NCBI GenBank assembly: GCA_964503315.1
Contig: CAZCZL010000007.1
Location: 12,327-76,326, forward strand
Reading direction: 5' to 3'
From: an uncultured Ignavibacteriales bacterium
GTDB lineage: Bacteria; Zixibacteria; MSB-5A5; GN15; FEB-12
Length of the DNA stretch: 64,000 nucleotides
Each line of letters begins with the position of its first letter. Positions within the stretch are counted from its first letter, which is position 1. A program made the position numbers and the translations under genes. The notes beneath the pieces are model-generated. The model was not told the origin of the DNA and did no database searches. It worked only from the letters and a program-made list of their open reading frames with translations. Below are positions 10,489 to 21,858 of the stretch, piece by piece.

Positions 10489-12891
10489 ATGGGGTTCCGA
10501 ATCTGTCTGTTATTACTGCTCTTCTGTATTCTCTTCACATCGCTGACTTTGTCTGCGCAAAATTCCGAAAACCAATGGTGGTCTGACCAGTTCTACTTAC
10601 CTGGCCTTGATGGTCAGGTGAATTGCATGGTCGAGTTTGAAGGTGACCTTATCCTCGGTGGCGCTTTTACCCACGCCGAAAAGCTGACTGTTGGTCGGAT
10701 TGTCCGCTGGGATGGAACGTCGTTCTCACCGATCGGTGCTGGCTTCGACAAAGATGTCTCCGAACTGACCGTGCATCGTGGGGTGCTCTATGCCAAAGTC
10801 TTTACGTCCGAGCCCTACACTCTTGCCGAGTATTCTGTCTATCGATGGGAGAGAGGTGCTTGGGAGCCCATTGTTACAGTTCCTGAGGGTGGCATTCGGA
10901 CACTCGCGACCTGCGGTGATTCTCTTTTCATAGGTGGAATGATAGACTCTGTCGAAGGAGTCGCCGTCACCAACATTGCCGTTTTTGATGGCCGCGCCTG
11001 GAGCGCTATTGGAGCGGAACTGGATACTATGGTGACGCAGGTGACTTACCATGATGGGAGTCCTTTGGCCGTCGTCAGCAAAGCGACGGAATACACAAAC
11101 CTTTTCAACGAATCCTCGATTTGGCGTTTCGACGGTACGTCCTGGATTCCATTCGGCCCCACTTTCTCCGGCAGAGCGACGGTAGCCATGACGACTCACC
11201 TTGGCGAGCTGTATGCGGTTACCTGGGATCCAAACGCCAATGCCCCTGAGATCCAGTATCTGCTGCATCGGTGGTCAGGCAGCAACTGGGTCACCCTTGA
11301 TGAACAACAATCCACGTGTTATCTCACCAGTGTCCGAGACCTTTTCAGCTATGATGGTAGGTTATTTGCCGCCGGTTGGTTTTTCATGCGTGATGACACA
11401 TCCTATACGGCTGTAGTTGAATGGGATGGTACATCATATCGCAAGACCGGAGCCGAATTTGGAAACACCGCTACCGCGCTTGCCACATTCAACGGAGATC
11501 TGATCGCCGGCGGCGAGTTTGTTTGGGCTGGTGATTTCGGCGTCAACTATATCTCTCGATACGATGGCTCGACCTGGCGCCCGCTCAGCGATCAGTTTGA
11601 GGGTTTGGGGATTCAGGGAACGGTGAACTCGGTCTGTGCCCATGATTCACTGCTGGTGGCGGGCGGATACATGTTCACGGCTGGACAAGCCGCGGTGCGC
11701 GGTATCGCTCTGTTCGATGGGACGAAATGGTCGGCGATGGCCGGCGGTTGCCCTTCGGGATTGATCGGCAGTTCCGGTACTGTCGCGGACATAGTCTACT
11801 TCCAGGGTTCTTTCGTCGCCTGTGCCTCCGAAGGCTTCTTCGTCGACCAATCGGGAAATCGTTTCACCATTGCACGATGGACAGGTTCCGATTGGGAGAG
11901 GCTGGGAACAAACCCGCCAACGGCGTCGGCACTGGCAGTATACAACAACGAGCTCTATTGCGTGAGGCTGAGTCGAGTTTACCGATACGAAGGGGGAAAT
12001 TGGACTGTTCAATCGCCCGCACTTACGGGTAACATCTTTGATCTGGTTGTACACGAAGGTTCATTATACGCGGTAGGCAACCTTGCCTGGAATTTCGGCG
12101 ATGTCGTCAAATTGCTTCTGCGTTTCGATGGAACGACGTGGTCGACCATTGATATCCCAGGCAGCCCACTTCAGGTGTATGCCCTGGGGTCACTAGATCA
12201 TCATCTGTATCTTGGAGGACGGTGGGCCGGTCGTGGTGGAATCGGTGGAGTGAGGACGATGATGCGGTGGGACGGCAATATCTGGTCGGCAGTTCCTGAA
12301 TTCGAAGGTGCTGTCGGTTTCCAAATGCAGAAGATGGGCAGGTACGGAAAACATCTGATCACTTTTGGCTCCTTTACCGTGACCGATGGCCCAGACTCCT
12401 GCAAATTCATCGCTGGATTCGACGGGCAGGCATGGCACCAAATGGGATCAGGTTTTGATCTGCCGAACGGTGCAACTATGACCGAATACCTGGGCCGTTT
12501 GGTCGCGGGAGGTCAGATATCGATGGCGGGAGGCAAGCAGTCGAGAGGTATCGCCTTTTGGCAACCAGATCACGATGTCGACGCCCTCTACGATGGTGTA
12601 GACAACTGCCCTTACCGTTACAATCCTGATCAGGCCGACATCACCGGTGACGGCATCGGGGATGCCTGCTGTTGCGTCGGAACGACCGGCGATTTCAACC
12701 AGAGTCAGACCCTTGACCTGACTGACCTGAGCATTCTCATAACGATCCTCACGGGTTCCTACAACGAAACTCTCCCATGCCCATATGAGACGTACGCTGA
12801 CGGTTACGCGGGTATCACTCTTTCGGATCTCTCTCAACTGGTAGCCTATTTCACGCAATCGCCTAAACCGCAATTGCCAGGTTGCCCGTAG
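10489..12891 (+). CDS. secreted beta-propeller repeat protein with TSP3-like motif and C-terminal dockerin-like domain
   Basis: Signal peptide; repeated 'RWDG..W..+G.G' blades; 'DNCPYRYNPDQAD..GDGIGDACCCVG.TGDFN...DLTDLS...DLSQLVAY'. Confidence 0.85.
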   Translation: MGFRICLLLLLFCILFTSLTLSAQNSENQWWSDQFYLPGLDGQVNCMVEFEGDLILGGAFTHAEKLTVGRIVRWDGTSFSPIGAGFDKDVSELTVHRGVLYAKVFTSEPYTLAEYSVYRWERGAWEPIVTVPEGGIRTLATCGDSLFIGGMIDSVEGVAVTNIAVFDGRAWSAIGAELDTMVTQVTYHDGSPLAVVSKATEYTNLFNESSIWRFDGTSWIPFGPTFSGRATVAMTTHLGELYAVTWDPNANAPEIQYLLHRWSGSNWVTLDEQQSTCYLTSVRDLFSYDGRLFAAGWFFMRDDTSYTAVVEWDGTSYRKTGAEFGNTATALATFNGDLIAGGEFVWAGDFGVNYISRYDGSTWRPLSDQFEGLGIQGTVNSVCAHDSLLVAGGYMFTAGQAAVRGIALFDGTKWSAMAGGCPSGLIGSSGTVADIVYFQGSFVACASEGFFVDQSGNRFTIARWTGSDWERLGTNPPTASALAVYNNELYCVRLSRVYRYEGGNWTVQSPALTGNIFDLVVHEGSLYAVGNLAWNFGDVVKLLLRFDGTTWSTIDIPGSPLQVYALGSLDHHLYLGGRWAGRGGIGGVRTMMRWDGNIWSAVPEFEGAVGFQMQKMGRYGKHLITFGSFTVTDGPDSCKFIAGFDGQAWHQMGSGFDLPNGATMTEYLGRLVAGGQISMAGGKQSRGIAFWQPDHDVDALYDGVDNCPYRYNPDQADITGDGIGDACCCVGTTGDFNQSQTLDLTDLSILITILTGSYNETLPCPYETYADGYAGITLSDLSQLVAYFTQSPKPQLPGCP

Positions 12892-12929
12892 AGATCACCG
12901 ACCAGTACAAGGAGCAAAAGGGCGCCTGA
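12891..12929 (+). repeat. 39-bp direct repeat, copy 2
   Basis: Identical to 10256-10294; its first G is the last base of the TAG stop of the 800-aa gene. Confidence 0.97.
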
Positions 12930-12959
12930 ACAGCTCCTATAGCTTCTCCAGAGCATCAC

Positions 12960-12985
12960 AAAGCCGCCCCCTCGGGCGGCTTTTC
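12960..12985 (+). terminator. intrinsic terminator
   Basis: AAAGCCGCCC-CCTC-GGGCGGCTTTT. Confidence 0.85.
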
Positions 12986-13010
12986 TGTGCCTGGATCGTC
13001 CAGATAAATA

Positions 13011-13040
13011 TTGACAATATTGTCTTTAATCTGGTATATT
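13011..13040 (+). promoter_or_regulatory. sigma70-type promoter upstream of 13176 gene
   Basis: TTGACA (13011), 18-bp spacer, TG-n-TATATT (13035). Confidence 0.7.
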
Positions 13041-13175
13041 TGTGACATCTTAAGGCTATCCCAGCAATCCGTTTCGTCACGCGGACCGATCCTATCCGGC
13101 CCCTCTTGCCATGTCATCCTATCGCCCGGACGAATTGCTGAGGCAGTTCACCTGTGATCTGCGAAAGGGCGCGTT

Positions 13176-14582
13176 ATGTTCTATCAACCAATCTCTCAAC
13201 TCATACCCGCTGCGCGGCCTAGGCTCGCCATCCGATTCGCTGCTTTGACGCTGACCATTCTGGTCCTCTCCGGCGTGCACGCGATCGCACAGCCACTATT
13301 TGGAACAGGCGTCGACGGAGCCTGGGTCGTGAGCAACAACATCTATCTCTCGAATGAGATGAACTTCACCAATCTCACCGTCGACCCCGGCGTCACAATC
13401 TACACGAATGGCCATATCATTCGCGTGAGCGGTACATTGACCAATTATGGCACCATCACAGACTCAAGCTCAGGTGGCGCCGGTGGCCCCGGCGGAACAG
13501 GCGGTGCGGGTGGGCATATCTCTGGTGTGACTCTAATACCCGGAGCGACAGGCGGCAACGGCTTACCCGGACTGAGTGGAATATCTGGCGCTGGTACCGG
13601 CGGCTCTGGCGGCGGCGGCGGCGGCGGCGGCGGTCCCGCCCAAGATGTACTTGTCTCGAACATTGCTGATGGCGGCAGAGGCGGCGATGGCGGCGCGGGT
13701 GGCAAGGGTGGCGGCTATGTCCGCGTCTACGCGCGCACGCTCGACAACCTGGGTCTCATCCATGCTGACGGTGCCTCGGGGAATACAGGTGACAATGGAG
13801 CGGATGGCGAGAAAGTGCATTACTACCTGCCTTTCAATTATTTTGACATGGGTGGCGGTGGGGGTGGAGGGGGAGGCGGCGGGAATGGTGGCAATGGCGG
13901 AACCGTGCTGGTGGTGTACGACTCGCTCGTTTCGCTTGGCCTCCTGAGGGCAAACGGAGGTTCGTACGGCTCTGCTTCAGCGGGCGGTCGAAGATTCGTT
14001 CTGGCCGGAACCAAATCAGCGACCGCAACATGGACACACGGCGGCGATGGCGGCAACGAAGGCTGGGCTGGCGAAGGAGGGGGCGGACTGGTCGGATGGG
14101 CAGGAGTGTCCGCGGAGTATCGTGGCGGTACGGGAGAGGTTGGCATTATAGGCGCCAATGGCGTAGTTTCCATCTTCACATCCATCACTTGCTACAGCGA
14201 TATTGACGAAGACAACTGCGGGTGTCCTTCAGACTCAGCCCAGTTCGCTGGCTCGTGTGGCGCTGGTTATGTAGCTCTTGCCAACGACAACTGCCCATTG
14301 GTGTATAACCCGGACCAGGATGATGCCAATGGCGATGGCGTTGGCGATGCCTGCTGTTGCGTCGGCAAAACAGGCAATGTCAATGGGAGTGTGATCGAAG
14401 CACCTGATCTCACGGACCTCTCGATGTTGATCGGCTATTTGACCATCACGCCGACTCCCGTATTGCCATGTCCGCTAGAGGCAAATGTCAGCGGCACCGG
14501 CACTATCGATCTGACCGATCTGTCGATGCTCATCGGCTATCTGACGATCACCCCAACGCCAATTCTGCCGGACTGCCTTTGA
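13176..14582 (+). CDS. secreted glycine-rich protein with TSP3-like motif and C-terminal dockerin-like domain
   Basis: Signal peptide; poly-Gly GGAGG/GGGGGGG tracts; duplicated 'DLTDLSMLIGYLTITPTP'. Confidence 0.85.
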   Translation: MFYQPISQLIPAARPRLAIRFAALTLTILVLSGVHAIAQPLFGTGVDGAWVVSNNIYLSNEMNFTNLTVDPGVTIYTNGHIIRVSGTLTNYGTITDSSSGGAGGPGGTGGAGGHISGVTLIPGATGGNGLPGLSGISGAGTGGSGGGGGGGGGPAQDVLVSNIADGGRGGDGGAGGKGGGYVRVYARTLDNLGLIHADGASGNTGDNGADGEKVHYYLPFNYFDMGGGGGGGGGGGNGGNGGTVLVVYDSLVSLGLLRANGGSYGSASAGGRRFVLAGTKSATATWTHGGDGGNEGWAGEGGGGLVGWAGVSAEYRGGTGEVGIIGANGVVSIFTSITCYSDIDEDNCGCPSDSAQFAGSCGAGYVALANDNCPLVYNPDQDDANGDGVGDACCCVGKTGNVNGSVIEAPDLTDLSMLIGYLTITPTPVLPCPLEANVSGTGTIDLTDLSMLIGYLTITPTPILPDCL

Positions 14583-14615
14583 CCGATTAACGATTTGCTG
14601 AAACTCATCTTGACC

Positions 14616-14645
14616 AACACCCCGCCGGGGCGGGGTGTTCTTTTT
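14616..14645 (+). terminator. intrinsic terminator
   Basis: AACACCCCGCC..GGCGGGGTGTT followed by CTTTTT. Confidence 0.85.
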
Positions 14646-14770
14646 CGGGCAATCACGATTTCATCTTAACCGAACTTCACAATTTCTCTGAAACCTGTAT
14701 CCCGTCCCTTCCGTACCTCAATTACCATAAGGTACAAGACTCATCACCACGCCGGGAAAGAAGGTGTCTC

Positions 14771-15106
14771 ATGAAACAGAGGGATTCCCTCTCAGGTGAC
14801 ATCGTCACTGTAGAACTGTCCGGCAAGCTCATTGCCGGCGACCAACTCACCTCATTCCTCGGGCGCGTGCAGTATTACCTGTCGCTCAACAAGAATCGGT
14901 TCATAGTCGATCTGCACGATGTCGAGCGAATGAACTCAGCCGGGATCGGCGCGCTCGTGGCGGCCCACATGGCGGCGACGCGCGCGGGAGGGAAGTTCGT
15001 GCTGGCCAACATCACCAATGTCGAGGATCTGTTGAACGTCACGCAACTGCTCCGGGTCTTCGAGAGCTACGACTCCCGTGACGAAGCTATGCTGGCCCTG
15101 CAGTAG
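14771..15106 (+). CDS. STAS-domain anti-sigma factor antagonist
   Basis: 'VDLHDVERMNSAGIGALV' with phosphorylatable Ser. Confidence 0.9.
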   Translation: MKQRDSLSGDIVTVELSGKLIAGDQLTSFLGRVQYYLSLNKNRFIVDLHDVERMNSAGIGALVAAHMAATRAGGKFVLANITNVEDLLNVTQLLRVFESYDSRDEAMLALQ

Positions 15107-15143
15107 GGGCTGTCGGCAGAATTCGTGACCGAATCCGTGTAAC

Positions 15144-15170
15144 AAAAAAGCCCACCATTCGGTGGGCTTT
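15144..15170. terminator. bidirectional terminator between STAS gene and gyrB
   Basis: AAAAAAGCCCACC-ATTC-GGTGGGCTTT. Confidence 0.85.
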
Positions 15171-15196
15171 GTCAGTCAATTCAATGTCGTAAAGAT

Positions 15197-17502
<2,306 letters not shown>

Positions 17503-17541
17503 GGGAACTTGCCTCTTAATCCTTCCCTTGTATAACCCTCA

Positions 17542-17570
17542 AAGATACCATTTGTTAAATCAAAACGCAA
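17542..17570 (-). promoter_or_regulatory. sigma70-type promoter for dciA-gyrB
   Basis: Minus strand TTGCGT-17 bp-TATCTT with TG-n extension. Confidence 0.6.
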
Positions 17571-17754
17571 CATAAAATCCCTATTTATCCCGTTGATAGG
17601 CAATGGGATAGTGGCGATTTGCAGCGAATGTGAAATGCCCGCGCACGGGCCCTCATCTCATGCCAGTCACGACGTCTTTCTATTCCCGAATTCGGGTGCG
17701 AAATTCGCCAAACCGACTCCATATTTGAGGACCTGAAGAACGCCGGCGCCGAAC

Positions 17755-17788
17755 AAAAAAAACGACGGTGAATTCGCATTCACCGTCG
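17755..17788 (-). terminator. intrinsic terminator for DUF2807 gene
   Basis: Hairpin CGACGGTGAAT..ATTCACCGTCG plus T run on minus strand. Confidence 0.8.
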
Positions 17789-17818
17789 CCTTACCACCAC
17801 ACGATCCGTGTGCGATGA

Positions 17819-18505
17819 TCATCTCTTGGATGCTTTGATCGTCCCTGAACCAGTTACGCTGGTCGACAGATGCGCCGGCTGGCTGACATACCGGATATTG
17901 CCACTGCCGGAGATATCTCCATCCAGCGAGCCTGCCGCGTACACCACGGCATTCCCCGAGCCGGAGATCTCAACCTCGACATCCTGCGCGATCAGGTCGC
18001 GTGTGTCGACATCTCCCGAGCCGCTCAACTCAATGAACAGCTGGTCGACCTTTCCCGATGCTTCCAGCGAGCCGGAACCGGACAGATTGAACGTAAACTC
18101 TTTGCTGTCGAGATTGGTAATCGTGATCTCACCGGAGCCGGAGATATCAACTTCCTCCAACGAGGCCACCGTTATCTCTATCCGGCAATTCTCATTCGTC
18201 GAGAATGATCCGCGCGAATCGATATCCAGCGTTTTGCCATGCACTCTCATCCGGATATTGTCCAGCAGATTGTCATCGAATGTCAGCGTGACCTTCTGCG
18301 GTGTACCGATCACTATATCGATATCCACGCCAAGACTTGACTCAATACGGGTGAACGCGTCAAGCGACCGTTCTTCGGTCTCGAGTTTCCCCGAGCCTTT
18401 TTCATGTCGACCTGAGCTGAAGAAATTCCAGTCATCGGCGCTGGCCGGGATCGCCGCCACCGCGATCAATGCAAGCAGACTGAGGGATAAAAGTATTCGC
18501 CTCAT
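17819..18505 (-). CDS. DUF2807/GIN (autotransporter-adhesin head-like) beta-helix protein
   Basis: Signal peptide; repeated 'ISGSG.+' strands. Confidence 0.9.
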   Translation of the reverse strand: MRRILLSLSLLALIAVAAIPASADDWNFFSSGRHEKGSGKLETEERSLDAFTRIESSLGVDIDIVIGTPQKVTLTFDDNLLDNIRMRVHGKTLDIDSRGSFSTNENCRIEITVASLEEVDISGSGEITITNLDSKEFTFNLSGSGSLEASGKVDQLFIELSGSGDVDTRDLIAQDVEVEISGSGNAVVYAAGSLDGDISGSGNIRYVSQPAHLSTSVTGSGTIKASKR

Positions 18506-18614
18506 CGGTACCTCTCTCCAAATGATAACGCTTCAGTTGATACCCAAGGTACGAACTGAAGCGTTCAGAAGTTTCGTTTGGATTGAGAAGGTTACCGTCC
18601 GGAGACGAACAGTG

Positions 18615-19064
18615 TCACTCCGTCGACCGTGGCGTGACTGATTTCAGTTTCGTGCGGCCCGGATGTTTGTGCGAAGGAATATAGAAATCCGGCCCTTCCG
18701 GGCGACGCATCCGGATCGTGTAATCCTGACATCCCTGGCAACGGCGGATCTTGCCGAGCGCTTCTCGCTTTATCCGGCGACGTTTCGTATGGGTCGGCGC
18801 GTAGACCGGATCGACAATTATTCGATGGCCCATGAACGGGTCATTTTCGTTGACGAACTTCACGCCGCGGATGACGTTGTTCGTCCCAGGTTCGTACAGT
18901 GTCGCGCCGGGGCATTCGATGAAAACATACTCATCGCTTTCGACCCCTTCAATGACGCCATCGAGGACGGCGTCGAGCTGCGTATTGCACTGCTGACAGA
19001 TCCAGGTACCATTGCGCTGCACCAGTTCGCGGTGGCAGTTGATACATTTTTTAGCTTCGTCCAT
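18615..19064 (-). CDS. hypothetical Cys-motif (zinc-ribbon-like) protein
   Basis: CxxC pairs at CINC, CQQC, CQGC; good codon usage. Confidence 0.7.
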   Translation of the reverse strand: MDEAKKCINCHRELVQRNGTWICQQCNTQLDAVLDGVIEGVESDEYVFIECPGATLYEPGTNNVIRGVKFVNENDPFMGHRIIVDPVYAPTHTKRRRIKREALGKIRRCQGCQDYTIRMRRPEGPDFYIPSHKHPGRTKLKSVTPRSTE

Positions 19065-19233
19065 GGTCGTTCCCGAGATGCAGGTTCTGTTTCAGAGGGA
19101 GTAGTGCAAGGCGCGGGCCGGACGGGGAGAAGATCACTATCCTGTTGATGGACGCGGAATTATCCGGTCGTCGATCTTCGGCTCAAGCGAATTTCAGAGA
19201 GAAAATCTTGGAGAAATCCAATAGTCTGATGGC

Positions 19234-19563
19234 TCAGCCTTTGAACAGCAAAACCAGCGAACAGCCCGCCACCGTAAAGGGAAGAACAGTGGCAAACGTA
19301 TAGGGAAGAAATAGCGTCGCCAAAAATGCCAGCACGAGCGAAGGTATCACCACGTACTTGAGCGCGGCGAACGCGAGCTGGACCAATTTCCAGACAAGCA
19401 GAAAGCCCAGGACGGCTGCGACAATGTAAGTCGCGAGAAGGCCGTTCGGGCCGAAATGAGTCTCAATGAGGGTCTTCAGTGGATACAACAGTGACGCGAG
19501 GTTTTCGACTGTCGCTGTCACGGCCGCACCCACCGTGGCTATGTAGTCAGTCATGCCCGGCAA
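19234..19563 (-). CDS. hypothetical membrane protein
   Basis: Three hydrophobic helices. Confidence 0.7.
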   Translation of the reverse strand: MPGMTDYIATVGAAVTATVENLASLLYPLKTLIETHFGPNGLLATYIVAAVLGFLLVWKLVQLAFAALKYVVIPSLVLAFLATLFLPYTFATVLPFTVAGCSLVLLFKG

Positions 19564-19568
19564 TCACC

Positions 19569-19787
19569 TCAGGTTTCTTCGAGCGGTTCAATGGTGAGCG
19601 ATGATTCCCCAACGCGGGTCAGGCCGACCATCCGCTGGGTCAGGAAATTCTGCGTGGTGATCCACTGGTGAGAGACCTCCAGGATCTTCTGCTGGTCTAT
19701 CTCCGTCTCCCAGTCCATGATGATCTGGTCGATGCATTTGTCCTCGACCACTACATCATCCATCGTCAGCGTGAATTTCACTTTCAT
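19569..19787 (-). CDS. small acidic hypothetical protein (~72 aa)
   Basis: MKVKFTLTMDDVVVEDK...; start inferred at internal ATG of the 117-aa ORF. Confidence 0.6.
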   Translation of the reverse strand: MKVKFTLTMDDVVVEDKCIDQIIMDWETEIDQQKILEVSHQWITTQNFLTQRMVGLTRVGESSLTIEPLEET

Positions 19788-20015
19788 GGCACCTAGCCTC
19801 GCTTCCATTTCGTTCGCCGACAGAAATGCAAGCGGGATGCCTTGAACGGCCGGTCGCCGCCGGCCTTCTCCAATACTATTGGGAGACAATAGGTTAACTG
19901 GAAATTTGTGCAGCAATTGCACCGGAGGGAAAGGATTTCATGCCCTGGAGTCTCTTCGATTCAGGATCGGATTATGGGGGAGAAACAACAGTCTGGGGAG
20001 TAAGTCGATGCTACC

Positions 20016-20050
20016 AAACAAAAACCTGACTCCGCCGCAGCGAAGTCAGG
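20016..20050 (-). terminator. intrinsic terminator closing an unannotated minus-strand unit
   Basis: CCTGACTTCG..CGGAGTCAGG-TTTTTGTTT on minus strand. Confidence 0.75.
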
Positions 20051-20414
20051 CCCGTTCATATTGCGAATCTGTCCCGAGCGAAACTCGATGGTTTCGCCAA
20101 ACCTTCCTCATCGACCACGTCATCCGTGAGCAGCCGACTGATAGGTGAGCGTGTGCGCCGGAGTCGGCCGGGGAGGCCATCCGGAAGCTGGCTCGATCAA
20201 TGGCGCGGTCGATCCATGCTTCTACCGGCCCGGACAGACGACCGGACACCGCATGGTCTCTTCCTCGGTTTGTTCTCCTTTGAATCTGCCTGGAGGGGAT
20301 CCGGCCAAATCCTCAGGAAAACCTCCTTTCCATAGGTCTCCTCCTTTACGTGCTTCATGCCACGCAGAACGGCCATGAGGAAGCCAGTGGGGCTATACGC
20401 ATATGTTGTACGAG

Positions 20415-20443
20415 AAAAAACGAATCGTGTGAGGTTCGATTCG
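20415..20443 (-). terminator. intrinsic terminator downstream of terminase gene
   Basis: CGAATCG-loop-CGATTCG-TTTTTT on minus strand. Confidence 0.65.
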
Positions 20444-20514
20444 ATACGGTGAAGGGATGATTATCTACGGCTAAGATATGGAGTGCATGGGTCGGTGTCA
20501 AGGGGAAAGAGGGA

Positions 20515-21858
20515 CTATGCGCGCCCTACCCTCGGCATTACGATCGCCGCCGCCCGTGTCGCCAGAGGTCGCAACGCCAGCGCCAACGCCATCAACGCAT
20601 CGCACTCGTTATTGTCATCCCACCGCGCTGAGCGAAGTTCATCCTCCAATGACCACGTTCTCCCCGGGCCATCCGGCAACTCCCAGCGATCATAGGCGAC
20701 GAGACCACGGGCATGCATCAGCTCAACATTGGTGAGCAGTTCAGCTTTGTTCATCGGTGTGAAGATCACTCCCGTCGGTTTGACATCATCAAGCTGTTGA
20801 AGTATCACATCCCCAAGTCCGGTCGCGTCGATAAGCAGTTCACCCGGAAACTCCATCTGTCGTTTCCGTATCTTCTCAAGTATCACCGGCCAGTCGAACA
20901 TCCTGAGCCGTTCCAGTTTCACAATTCGCGCGATACCTTCGTGAACACAGATCGTGATCCCAACTGTCGCTGTTCTCTTCCGCGCCAGATCCCAACCGGA
21001 AATAAAGCGACACCCCGTGAGATCATCTATCGGCGGAAGCATGCGCATCCGCGCGAGCGCGGCATCGATATCCCTCCCCGGGATCACCTCACCGCCGGAA
21101 TCGACAAATTCGCCAAGAATGTTCTGCTTCAGTCGCGTCTCGGAAAAGTACCGCACCCGTTCGTCCAGATACTCCCGCGAGATATGTTCATTATCCCGGC
21201 TGTCGCCGCGCTGGCAATAGCCCGGCCGTTTCCCGTCGACAATCTCATTCGCCCGACGGTACAGCCAGTTTTTGCCGTTCGGTGTCGAAACGAGATCAAG
21301 CGTCCCTTCGCGATCCGCAAGGCGCATCATCAACACCTCTTCCACGACATGTTCCGCGTTCGGGTCAAATGCGACTTCGTCATAGACGACAAAGTCATAA
21401 TCATTTCCGAGCAGATAATCCCCGCGGTTCTGGGTAGTGCGCGCTTCAATCGTCGCGCCATTCGTCAGCGTGATCTGGAGAAACGGCGTATGCAGGACCG
21501 ATTGAACCAGCGGCTTCATCCATGCCGAACGATATATCAGCCGTAAGGCATGCAGCAAAACCAGGTCCGCCTGATTTTGCGTAATAGAGACCACCGCCGC
21601 TCGGTAACGATCGGCGCTGTCGTACTTCCGGTCTCGATATCTATAGACCGCGTGGTGCAGAAGTTTCACCGCCGAGACAAACGACTTCCCCCAGCGATTC
21701 CCCGTCACCAGGATATTCTCCCGCCTGACCGAGTTCGCGAGCCATTGCCGCTGGCCATCGTGCAGTGAGATGCCGAGTATCTTCGTCGCGAACGATGGAA
21801 TATCCAGCACGCCGTCGAGCCAGACATTTTCTACCGGCGGCACTATATCATCCGGCAT
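20515..21858 (-). CDS. phage terminase large subunit (Terminase_6-like)
   Basis: Walker A 'GNRWGKS', Walker B 'FVVYDE', motif III 'STPNG', nuclease 'GWDLA', 'DATGLGD', 'CDALMALALA'. Confidence 0.9.
   Translation of the reverse strand: MPDDIVPPVENVWLDGVLDIPSFATKILGISLHDGQRQWLANSVRRENILVTGNRWGKSFVSAVKLLHHAVYRYRDRKYDSADRYRAAVVSITQNQADLVLLHALRLIYRSAWMKPLVQSVLHTPFLQITLTNGATIEARTTQNRGDYLLGNDYDFVVYDEVAFDPNAEHVVEEVLMMRLADREGTLDLVSTPNGKNWLYRRANEIVDGKRPGYCQRGDSRDNEHISREYLDERVRYFSETRLKQNILGEFVDSGGEVIPGRDIDAALARMRMLPPIDDLTGCRFISGWDLARKRTATVGITICVHEGIARIVKLERLRMFDWPVILEKIRKRQMEFPGELLIDATGLGDVILQQLDDVKPTGVIFTPMNKAELLTNVELMHARGLVAYDRWELPDGPGRTWSLEDELRSARWDDNNECDALMALALALRPLATRAAAIVMPRVGRA

Noticed and set aside
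14400-14575. Tandem duplication DLTDLSMLIGYLTITPTP as a recent repeat expansion or DGR-like target
   Set aside because: It is the normal two-fold dockerin repeat, differences are synonymous, and no reverse transcriptase or template repeat is present.
20430-20450. GGTTCGATTC resembling a tRNA T-arm
   Set aside because: No acceptor stem, D-arm or anticodon arm; it is one arm of a terminator hairpin.
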